Below, piece after piece: positions 48,449 through 56,124 of a stretch of 56,124 nt of DNA (position 1 is the first letter of the stretch; every line of letters starts with the position of its first letter). The stretch covers positions 1-56,124 of the forward strand of contig JBEIEI010000001.1 of NCBI GenBank assembly GCA_040382975.1, given 5' to 3'. Source of the DNA: Flavobacteriales bacterium. GTDB lineage: Bacteria; Bacteroidota; Bacteroidia; B-17B0; Aurantibacillaceae. A program made the translations under genes and the position numbers. Under the pieces are notes generated by a model. That model searched no databases and had not been told where the DNA came from. It saw nothing but the letters and a program-made list of their open reading frames with translations.

Positions 48449-49240
48449 TTATTTCTTTTTTTTCTTACCGTCTTTATTTTTTTTGCCTTTTCCTTTTTTT
48501 ATTTTTTTTTCAGACGTTTCTTTTTTCTTTTTTGGCGCAGTAGCTTTCTTACGCTTTTCTGCAACTTTTTTTAATAAGGCTTCGCGTTTTTCTTTTTTAG
48601 CAGCTTCTGCATTGGCTTTCTTTTCTTGATACTCAATGTTGCTTAAGTTTTGCTTGTATTTTGGATGAACTGGCTCATTCTCAACTCTAACGTGATACCA
48701 AAATTGTCCGGTTTTAATGCGGTAGATCTGCATTTCCGAAACCCCGAATTTTTCTGCTATTTGTTTATATGAAAGTTTTCTTTTAGGGTCCCAGATCATT
48801 TTCTTTAAGGTAACAATACTTTTTTCGTTAAAGATCTGCGAGTGTGCACTTTTTACTATTGCTTTTTTCTTTCTCGATAAAATGGCATTTGGGCTAAATG
48901 TTGTATGTGCTCTGTGTTCTGCCTGAGTTGCCCATTTTAAATTATCAACGTTATCGTTTAAATAATTATGGTCTTTATGAATTACAAATTTATGTTTGGG
49001 AGATGGTTTTTTTATAAAAGCTTTTGCAACTTCTTTGTAAAGGAAGATAGCTGCTGCTTTTCCGTCTTGCCTTACATTAAAGCGGTAACTACCGGCTGTG
49101 GGTTTAAAGTTTCTTCTTTCTACCTTGCCACTACTGTCTAATAACACACCAAAATGGCCATGGTTTGAAATTACATAGGGTACCGAAGGCTTTTTGCCGT
49201 TTACGGTAATTGTTTTCCAAATTTCTTTTTTATTGCTCAT
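48449..49240 (-). CDS. NUMOD4/HNH-like protein with C-terminal HTH and Lys-rich tail
   Basis: EIWKTI...YVISNHG (NUMOD4-like), VIHKDHNYLNDNVDNLKWAT (HNH-like), IAEKFGVSEMQIYRIKTG (HTH), then about 60 aa of K/A/E-rich tail. Confidence 0.75.
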   Translation of the reverse strand: MSNKKEIWKTITVNGKKPSVPYVISNHGHFGVLLDSSGKVERRNFKPTAGSYRFNVRQDGKAAAIFLYKEVAKAFIKKPSPKHKFVIHKDHNYLNDNVDNLKWATQAEHRAHTTFSPNAILSRKKKAIVKSAHSQIFNEKSIVTLKKMIWDPKRKLSYKQIAEKFGVSEMQIYRIKTGQFWYHVRVENEPVHPKYKQNLSNIEYQEKKANAEAAKKEKREALLKKVAEKRKKATAPKKKKETSEKKIKKGKGKKNKDGKKKKK

Positions 49241-49362
49241 TCGTAATTTATTTTAATAGTTATAGTTACTTTTGTATAAATATAATAATAAAATTGTTGA
49301 TTTGCATCTTCAACTAAAAAAATTGGAAATGCATAACGGGTTGCACTTTAGGAGAATAAAAA

Positions 49363-51405
49363 ATGGATTCAAAATTTAAACGGACATTAGTTACTGCGGC
49401 ATTGCCCTATGCAAATGGCCCGGTACATATAGGACATTTAGCCGGTTGTTATTTGCCGGCAGATATTTATGTTAGGTACCTAAGAAGTATTGGCAGTGAT
49501 GTAAAATTTATTTGCGGTAGCGATGAACACGGCGTGCCTATTACTATTAAAGCAAAAAAGGAACATACAACTCCGCAAGCAATAGTTGATAAATATCATA
49601 AGATTATGGGAGATTCTTTCCGCGATTTTGGTATTTCTTTTGATGTATATTCACGCACTTCTTCAAAAACACATCATCAAACTGCTTCCGATTTTTTTAA
49701 AGTTCTATATGATAAAGGGGTTTTTACCGAAGAAGTAACAGAGCAGTATTATGACGAATCCGCTAAACAGTTTTTAGCGGATAGATACATTGTTGGAACT
49801 TGTCCTAAATGCGCTAATCCAAGTGCATATGGCGACCAATGCGAGAAGTGTGGATCAACACTTAACGCAACTGATCTGATAGATCCTAAGTCAACTTTAT
49901 CCGGAAGCAAGCCTGTTTTAAAAGAAACTAAGAACTGGTTTTTGCCTTTAGATAAATTACAACCAAAAATAAAAGCATACATCGAACAACATAGCGATTG
50001 GAAAACCAATGTTTACGGGCAATGTAAAAGTTGGATGGATAGTGGCGATGGTTTACAACCTAGAGCTATGACGCGCGATCTGGATTGGGGTGTTCCGGTT
50101 CCGGTAAAAGGTGCCGACGGAAAAGTATTGTATGTATGGTTTGATGCACCAATTGGCTATATTTCTGCAACAAAAGAATTATTGCCGGACACTTGGGAAA
50201 ACTATTGGAAAAAAGAAGACACGCGTTTGATACATTTTATTGGAAAAGATAATATTGTGTTTCATTGCATTATTTTTCCCGCCATGTTAATGGAGCATGG
50301 CGAATTTATTTTACCGGATAACGTTCCTGCCAACGAATTTTTAAATTTAGAAGGCGATAAAATTTCCACCTCTCGTAATTGGGCCGTTTGGTTACATGAG
50401 TACTTGCAAGACTTTAAAGGCATGCAAGATGTATTACGTTATACCTTATGCTCAAATGCACCCGAAACAAAAGATAACGATTTTACCTGGAAAGATTTTC
50501 AAACAAAAAACAATAGTGAGTTAGTTGCCATCTTCGGTAATTTTATAAATAGAACTTTAGTTTTAACTCATAAGTTTTATGAGGGAAAAGTGCCGGAGGC
50601 AAAAACATATAATAAAGAAGATCTTATAGTATTAGAAGAGTTAGCAAAGGCTCCTGCAAAAATAGCAAAGTCTATTGAGCAATTTAAATTTAGAGAAGCA
50701 ATTAGCGAATGGATGAATGTTGCACGACTCGGCAATAAATATTTAGCAGAAACGGAGCCTTGGAAATTAATTAAGACCGATGAGCAACGTGTTACTACGA
50801 TCATGAATGTTGCCCTGCAAATTTCTTGCAATTTGGCCATTTTAGCAGAACCTTTTTTGCCCTTCACCTCAAAAAAATTATTTGATCTTTTGAACATAAA
50901 ACCTCTGCGATGGGCGGCTGCCGGCCAAACGTCAAACATGGCATATGGTCATACAATTAATAAAGACGAATTGTTGTTTTCAAAAGTTGAAGATGCTGAT
51001 GTACAGATACAGTTAGATAGATTACAAAAAAGTAAAGAAGATAATCTGGCAAGTGCTGGTCCGGTTGCATTTAAACCCGAAACTACATTTGATGATTTTT
51101 CTAAAATGGACATTAGAACCGCTACAATTGTTGCAGCCGAGTTAGTTCCTAAAACAGATAAATTATTAAAGTTAACGTTAGACACCGGATTGGATACACG
51201 CACGGTAGTTAGTGGCATAGCAGCCTATTTTAAGCCGGAAGATATTATTGGACAAAAAGTTTCGTTACTGGTAAACTTAGCACCACGCAAAATAAAAGGA
51301 ATAGAAAGTCAGGGAATGATCTTAATGGCAGAAAATGCTAAAGGCGAATTAAGTTTTGTAACATCAACTAATACAGAAATTGAAAATGGGTCGGTTATTA
51401 AATAA
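49363..51405 (+). CDS. metG: Methionine--tRNA ligase
   Basis: [19 protein letters not shown], zinc knuckle CPKC...CEKC, YVWFDAP, KISTS and C-terminal tRNA-binding domain. Confidence 0.97.
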   Translation: MDSKFKRTLVTAALPYANGPVHIGHLAGCYLPADIYVRYLRSIGSDVKFICGSDEHGVPITIKAKKEHTTPQAIVDKYHKIMGDSFRDFGISFDVYSRTSSKTHHQTASDFFKVLYDKGVFTEEVTEQYYDESAKQFLADRYIVGTCPKCANPSAYGDQCEKCGSTLNATDLIDPKSTLSGSKPVLKETKNWFLPLDKLQPKIKAYIEQHSDWKTNVYGQCKSWMDSGDGLQPRAMTRDLDWGVPVPVKGADGKVLYVWFDAPIGYISATKELLPDTWENYWKKEDTRLIHFIGKDNIVFHCIIFPAMLMEHGEFILPDNVPANEFLNLEGDKISTSRNWAVWLHEYLQDFKGMQDVLRYTLCSNAPETKDNDFTWKDFQTKNNSELVAIFGNFINRTLVLTHKFYEGKVPEAKTYNKEDLIVLEELAKAPAKIAKSIEQFKFREAISEWMNVARLGNKYLAETEPWKLIKTDEQRVTTIMNVALQISCNLAILAEPFLPFTSKKLFDLLNIKPLRWAAAGQTSNMAYGHTINKDELLFSKVEDADVQIQLDRLQKSKEDNLASAGPVAFKPETTFDDFSKMDIRTATIVAAELVPKTDKLLKLTLDTGLDTRTVVSGIAAYFKPEDIIGQKVSLLVNLAPRKIKGIESQGMILMAENAKGELSFVTSTNTEIENGSVIK

Positions 51406-52312
51406 CAAAATAATTTTACTTTTTATTTTTATAATAGGTTTTGTTGGTGTTAAGGCGCAACAAGACGAAGAAATATTTCGACCTAAAGATTATAAGAGTC
51501 GTGAGCAATTTGAAAAATTCAGAAAAAGAAGGATGATCATTTCTGCATGGCAAATAAATGAGTTAAAAGAAGGTGCTTTAGTTGTAAAGCTAAAAACTAA
51601 TATTAATCAAATAAACGCTTTTAATAAGCATGGCGAGCCGGATAAGGCAATAGAAAAAACAATAGAAACTTACATTATAAATAAAAATATAATGATGGCC
51701 TATTTGGATAATTATAAATTCTCTAAAATTTATTTCATTTATAGTAATAACAACGATAGTTTACTCAAAGGGTTAAGAAGCGGAATTTTTTTGGACACCA
51801 ACCTTAAAGTAGATCCAACTATTGTAATGAATGAAAAATTCTATCTAGTTGCAGAAAAAGATTTTAATTACAATTCATCTATTGGTTTTGTAAAAGCGGA
51901 TTCGGCAAAATTTGTTTCTGAAAAAGGAAACCCAAGTGGAGGAGAGTTTGATATAGTTGTTAAGAATAAATACGGACATCAACTAAAGCGCCCCTTCCCA
52001 TACCTAGGCCTTTTTGGAAAAAAAGTTGTTAGTTATTTAGGGGCTATTCCTATGTATTATAAATATGAGGAAAACGCAATAACCTACACAATTGATAAAA
52101 AGCAAATGTATGATAGAGACCAAACCCCAAATAAAAATTTCAAAAAGCCATTACCCGGATATAAAACAATGATGTTGAATAAAGGAGAGATTTATGAGAC
52201 TATAAGTTACGGGGTACAACGTTTTGAAGAAAACTTAAACGAATTTTATAAAGAATCTCCAAAGCCTGACCTTAGTAAAGTTGACCCAACAATCTTGCCT
52301 TTTTTCTATTAA
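51380..52312 (+). CDS. Hypothetical exported protein
   Basis: 310-aa ORF with signal peptide (VKA-QQ) overlapping the metG end; start may be ATG 51386. Confidence 0.65.
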   Translation: MKMGRLLNNKIILLFIFIIGFVGVKAQQDEEIFRPKDYKSREQFEKFRKRRMIISAWQINELKEGALVVKLKTNINQINAFNKHGEPDKAIEKTIETYIINKNIMMAYLDNYKFSKIYFIYSNNNDSLLKGLRSGIFLDTNLKVDPTIVMNEKFYLVAEKDFNYNSSIGFVKADSAKFVSEKGNPSGGEFDIVVKNKYGHQLKRPFPYLGLFGKKVVSYLGAIPMYYKYEENAITYTIDKKQMYDRDQTPNKNFKKPLPGYKTMMLNKGEIYETISYGVQRFEENLNEFYKESPKPDLSKVDPTILPFFY

Positions 52313-52510
52313 GTTTTTTACCTATAATTCTCCCAATTTATTTCTCGGCCTTAACTGTAAAGATTTAACTATATAACATTTACGGTTGACGTATTTTTTC
52401 ATATCTTTAATAAGTTGGATAAAGTTTAATAAACAATAAAAAAAGTTGTTTATCGTTATAAAAGAGAAATTAAATTCGGCCCTCCTAATCTAAAATTAAA
52501 ACATATAGCT

Positions 52511-53485
52511 ATGAAAAAGCAATTATTAACGTTAGGTTTCTTGTTTGTTTCTTTTATTATTTTGTCGCAAACAGACACTTTGTTTTTGCAGAAAGGAAAA
52601 AAAACACCTTGCAAAATAATAGAAATTAATGAGTTTGAAATAAAGTATCGTGCCGCTGAAAATATTAACGGGCCAATATATATTATTGATAAATCAACTG
52701 TGAAGAGTTATAAATTATCTAGTGGATTTACCGAGCGTTTTTTGCCGGATGAGCTTTCTCTCGAACACGAACACAAAGAAATTTTAGGTAACCGACAAGT
52801 AATAAAACTAAGCCCTTTCTCTTTTGCGTTTAATCATATTTCTTTTGCGTATGAAAGCGTTATAAAGGTTGGTATGAATTTAGATATTGAAGCCGGATAT
52901 ATTAACTCTGAAATTAATCCTGATGCTTCTAATTTATTCAGAAGCGGTTTAAATAACAGTTTACATAATTCGGGCGCTTATTTTAAACCCGGGATAAAAT
53001 TCTTTTTAGGAGAAGATTTTTCTATCAAAGGATTAAAGTATGCCCACCCATTAAAAGGGCGCTATATAAAATTAGATCTGGCAGTTTCTTATATAAATTT
53101 TCAAGACCTTAGCACTGTTTATTATGGCGCCTACACGAATGGAATTGCCATTACTCAAACTATTTATACAAACATGAGCACTGTTGCTTATGGCGGTTTT
53201 GTGAATTATGGTCGTCAGTTTATTTTAGGGAACATCCTAACTTTAGATTATTACGTTGGAGCAGGATTTACAGGCCAATCTACAAGTTATTCAAATCCGA
53301 ATTTTTTCAAAAACCCTTTTCCTAATTCGTCTTATAACTATTATTATAATGAAAGAAACTACACGGCTAATTATCACGGATTTTTAAGGGTTCCAAGCTT
53401 TGGTTTATCCTTTACCGCTGGGTTTAGAATTGGTTATATTATTCCTCAAAAGGATAATAGGAAGAAGACTGTTCCAACAAACTAG
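52511..53485 (+). CDS. Hypothetical outer-membrane beta-barrel-like protein
   Basis: Signal peptide; N-terminal DTLFL..G...CKI.EI...EIKY module; alternating aromatic beta strands ending GFRIGY. Confidence 0.65.
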   Translation: MKKQLLTLGFLFVSFIILSQTDTLFLQKGKKTPCKIIEINEFEIKYRAAENINGPIYIIDKSTVKSYKLSSGFTERFLPDELSLEHEHKEILGNRQVIKLSPFSFAFNHISFAYESVIKVGMNLDIEAGYINSEINPDASNLFRSGLNNSLHNSGAYFKPGIKFFLGEDFSIKGLKYAHPLKGRYIKLDLAVSYINFQDLSTVYYGAYTNGIAITQTIYTNMSTVAYGGFVNYGRQFILGNILTLDYYVGAGFTGQSTSYSNPNFFKNPFPNSSYNYYYNERNYTANYHGFLRVPSFGLSFTAGFRIGYIIPQKDNRKKTVPTN

Positions 53486-53502
53486 TTAATATTAAAAAAC
53501 AG

Positions 53503-53536
53503 AAAAGCCAATTGTAATTTTACAATTGGCTTTTTT
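53503..53536. terminator. Bidirectional rho-independent terminator
   Basis: AAAAGCCAATTGTAA-tt-TTACAATTGGCTTTT perfect inverted repeat between convergent genes. Confidence 0.88.
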
Positions 53537-53554
53537 AGTTTAGGTATCAGTAAA

Positions 53555-55711
53555 TTATTTCATAATTACCAGCTCATCGATGATATTTTTAGCACCACCT
53601 AACTTGTCTATCACAAATAATACAAATCTAACGTCAACACAAATAGTGCGGTTTAAGTTCTTATCAAAAGCAATTTTGTGACTTAATGCTTCATAGTTAC
53701 CGTCAAACGCTAAACCAATTAGTTCGCCTTTGGCATTCATAACCGGTGATCCTGAGTTGCCACCGGTAATATCGTCTGTAGTAATAAATGAAACAACAAT
53801 ATCGTTAGTAGCCTTATCAATGTATTGGCCGTAATCTTTGTTCTTTATTAATTCAATTAATTTTTCAGGAGCATCAAATTCATAATCTCCCGGTTTGTAT
53901 TTTTCCATAACACCTTTTAAAGTACAAACGTAATTATAGTTAACGCCGTCTTTTGGTGAGTATGATTTTACATTGCCATAAGAAACGCGCATTGTTTGAT
54001 TAGCATCAGGGTAAAACTCCTGACCTTTTTTCATTTCTAAGATACCTTTTAAATATTTTTTATTTAAACTGTAAGTAGTACCGATAAATTCTGTATAATA
54101 TTTTCCGTAATTATTATTAAAATTATCTAAAAACTGAATTGCTGTTTTATATGCAAGATCTTTGTGAAGGGTTGCTGTATCAGGTTTTGCAATAAAGGCA
54201 TCCCATTTATCTTTATTAAGCATCATGGTGTTTTCAAACACTTGTTTAGCGAATTTATCGTAGGTTTCATCTTTTTCTAATGATCCATATCCGTTTTTAA
54301 GCATGGTGTAAAAATTTTCAGGTCTTTGGCTTGCATCAATATCTGTGTAAAATAGTTTAGTTACAATAGCTAAAATGTTTTTATCAGAAGCTATGTTTTC
54401 GCCTTTTATAAATCTGTCTTGCGAAGCTTTTAAATTGGCAACAATTTTTGTTACATTTTCGGGTCTAACCGGCGACTCGCTTAATGCTGCATCAAGCGCC
54501 TTTAAGCTGCCTGCAAAGGCCAATAAGGGCGAACCCATAATACCTTCAGTAATATAAACTCTGTGTTTTGCATATGGTCTCCAGTTATCATAGGCACTTT
54601 TAATGTTTACAAATAAATTATCATACTCGGGTTTACCTTTAGCCCAAGCTTCAAAAGCAGCTTCGTCTTTTTGTTTTTGACCAATTACATTATACTTAAC
54701 CAATTGTTTTGTTTCACCGTCAAAAAATTTCCAATAATTAGCAACCTGTGCATAGTAGCTCGCTAATTGAATTTTGTTGGCAGGATCCTTTAACATTTCT
54801 GTCATCATTAATTTTAAACGAGCATCGCGTAAACTAACAGTAAAAGGATTTTCGATATCGATCTTTAATTTAACACCATAAGACGTCTCGTACCTGTTTG
54901 TTCCACCAGGGTAACCATAGATCATTGAAAAATCGCCGTCTTTTAAACCTTTAATCGAAACGGGTAAAAAGTGTTTTGGAACGTAAGGAACATTGTCTGC
55001 GCTGTAATCTGCAGGTTTACCGTCTTTACTCATATAAACGCGAAAGATAGAGAAATCACCCGTGTGACGTGGCCACTCCCAATTATCAGTATCGCCACCA
55101 AATTTTCCGATACTCTCAGGCGGTGTTCCCACTAAACGCACATCAGTATATCTTTGGTAGGTAAATTGTAAAAACTGATTGCCTTTAAAAAAGCTGGCCA
55201 CTCTCATTTCATAACCAGTTCCTTCTGCTGCCTTGGCCGACATGCCAGCCAAAATACCCGGTAGTTTTGCTGCTAATTCGTTTGAAGGAATATCCTTAAT
55301 TTTTTCTACAACTTTATCTGTAACATCTTCAATTTTTATTAAGAACTGAACGCTTAGTCCTGGACTAGCAATTTCTTCTTGTTTTGATTTAGCCCAAAAA
55401 CCATCTTTTAAATAATTGTGTGCTACAGAGCTTGCAGCGGCAATACTGCCATAACCGCAGTGGTGGTTTGTAAAAACTAAACCTTCTTTGCTTACGATTT
55501 CTGCGGTGCAACCACCACCAAACAATACAATTGCATCTTTAATACTATTTTTATTAGCACTATATAATTGTTCCTTGGTTAGTTTAAGCCCTTTTTTAAC
55601 CATATCGGCATATGTTTTTTCGCCAATAAGTTGTACCAACCACATGCCTTCATCTGCTTTAACTGAAATAAAGCTGAGTGCAATAAATAAAATAAAGAAT
55701 AGTTTTTTCAT
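53555..55711 (-). CDS. S46 dipeptidyl peptidase (DPP7-like)
   Basis: ADEGMWL, TNHHCG, DNWEWPRHTGDF, YPDAN.T.R and ITGGNSGSPV. FDGN rather than FDRN at the S1 position suggests DPP7-type rather than DPP11-type specificity. Confidence 0.93.
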   Translation of the reverse strand: MKKLFFILFIALSFISVKADEGMWLVQLIGEKTYADMVKKGLKLTKEQLYSANKNSIKDAIVLFGGGCTAEIVSKEGLVFTNHHCGYGSIAAASSVAHNYLKDGFWAKSKQEEIASPGLSVQFLIKIEDVTDKVVEKIKDIPSNELAAKLPGILAGMSAKAAEGTGYEMRVASFFKGNQFLQFTYQRYTDVRLVGTPPESIGKFGGDTDNWEWPRHTGDFSIFRVYMSKDGKPADYSADNVPYVPKHFLPVSIKGLKDGDFSMIYGYPGGTNRYETSYGVKLKIDIENPFTVSLRDARLKLMMTEMLKDPANKIQLASYYAQVANYWKFFDGETKQLVKYNVIGQKQKDEAAFEAWAKGKPEYDNLFVNIKSAYDNWRPYAKHRVYITEGIMGSPLLAFAGSLKALDAALSESPVRPENVTKIVANLKASQDRFIKGENIASDKNILAIVTKLFYTDIDASQRPENFYTMLKNGYGSLEKDETYDKFAKQVFENTMMLNKDKWDAFIAKPDTATLHKDLAYKTAIQFLDNFNNNYGKYYTEFIGTTYSLNKKYLKGILEMKKGQEFYPDANQTMRVSYGNVKSYSPKDGVNYNYVCTLKGVMEKYKPGDYEFDAPEKLIELIKNKDYGQYIDKATNDIVVSFITTDDITGGNSGSPVMNAKGELIGLAFDGNYEALSHKIAFDKNLNRTICVDVRFVLFVIDKLGGAKNIIDELVIMK

Positions 55712-55730
55712 AGGATTTTTAAATAGGACA

Positions 55731-55738
55731 CAAAATTA
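55731..55738 (-). promoter_or_regulatory. -7 promoter element (TAATTTTG) for the S46 gene
   Basis: Exact TAnnTTTG match about 20 bp upstream of the ATG. Confidence 0.55.
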
Positions 55739-55890
55739 ACAATGATACTGATATGAAGTTAATTTTTAGATGAATAGCTTAATTTTTAGATGGTTTAGGC
55801 GAAATATTCTATAAACGAATTGCAGATGACAATTCAAACTAAGTTTTATTTAAAAACCAGTAATAAAATGTAACCTCGAAGGGAGTCGAA

Positions 55891-55933
55891 TGAGCGGGGC
55901 TTGGCCCGCCATCGCGAGAGAAAAACCTAGCGA
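55891..55933. repeat. 43-nt GC-rich double-hairpin insert at the tRNA T-stem/T-loop junction
   Basis: Minus strand TCGCTAGG-ttttt-CTCTCGCGA + TGGCGGG-ccaagc-CCCGCTCA; inverted copy of 55973-56011. Confidence 0.85.
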
Positions 55934-55972
55934 CCCATAACCTTCGGCTCCGGAAACCGAAACTCTATCCAG

Positions 55973-56011
55973 TCGCGAGGCTCTGCTCGCGATGGCGAGT
56001 TTACCTCGCCA
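55973..56011. repeat. 39-nt GC-rich double-hairpin insert in the tRNA D-loop
   Basis: Minus strand TGGCGAG-gtaaa-CTCGCCA + TCGCGAG-cagagc-CTCGCGA, two perfect 7-bp stems. Shares a 12-bp inverted core with 55891-55933. Confidence 0.85.
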
Positions 56012-56124
56012 TTGAGCTCAGGAAATGTTTCAAAATGATTTATCGAAATATTTCAGGATAAATTTTTTGAGATCCTCGGAATTCTAATTTTTTACTTTTC
56101 TTTCTAGAATAGTAGCATCGGACC

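Larger units (their letters stand above)
55871..56018 (-). tRNA. tRNA-Arg(CCG) gene interrupted by two inserts; 5' acceptor strand not recognisable (interrupted or pseudo-tRNA)
   Basis: Removing 55891-55933 and 55973-56011 gives (minus strand) AGCTCAA-CTGGATAGAGT-T-TCGGT-TTCCGGA-GCCGA-AGGTT-ATGGG-TTCGACT-CCCTT-CGAGGTT-A. This has a D arm, an anticodon arm with CCG (plus 55951-55953), a TTCGA T-loop, a 3' acceptor strand and discriminator A. Confidence 0.85.

Noticed and set aside
48449-49240. Prophage or intron marker
   Set aside because: No phage genes, integrase or interrupted host gene around the HNH-like ORF.
264-53485. Signal peptides followed by Gln in about 10 proteins
   Set aside because: This is the known Bacteroidota pyroglutamate Q-rule; it helps with taxonomy but is not novel.
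55891-56011. Group I/II intron or CRISPR repeat
   Set aside because: The inserts are about 40 nt, far too short for a ribozyme core. There are only two copies, inverted rather than direct, and no cas genes.

Overview
AT-rich, gene-dense chromosomal window from a member of Bacteroidota. The assignment rests on T9SS type A and B cargo proteins, a PorE-like OmpA protein, an S46 peptidase, TAnnTTTG promoter motifs and signal peptides followed by Gln. It holds about 45 genes, mostly housekeeping or envelope functions: dprA, acs, mscL, a phosphate porin plus PiT transporter behind 11-bp-periodic Pho-box-like repeats, hutU, asmA-like, a histidine kinase, rel, a surface-polysaccharide cluster coupled to murB, lpxD (frameshifted in this sequence), bshB1, an LD-carboxypeptidase, metG and a DPP7-like peptidase. 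No transposase, integrase, prophage, CRISPR array or rRNA was seen. Three genes are decaying (CHAT protein, purple acid phosphatase, acyltransferase), and the 5' end of a T9SS adhesin gene is tandemly duplicated. The most unusual signal is at the right end. A tRNA-Arg(CCG) gene on the minus strand is cut in its D-loop and at its T-loop by two short GC-rich double-hairpin inserts (39 and 43 nt). The inserts are inverted copies of each other and could pair across the tRNA elbow. All family assignments are by eye from motifs; no database searches were run.
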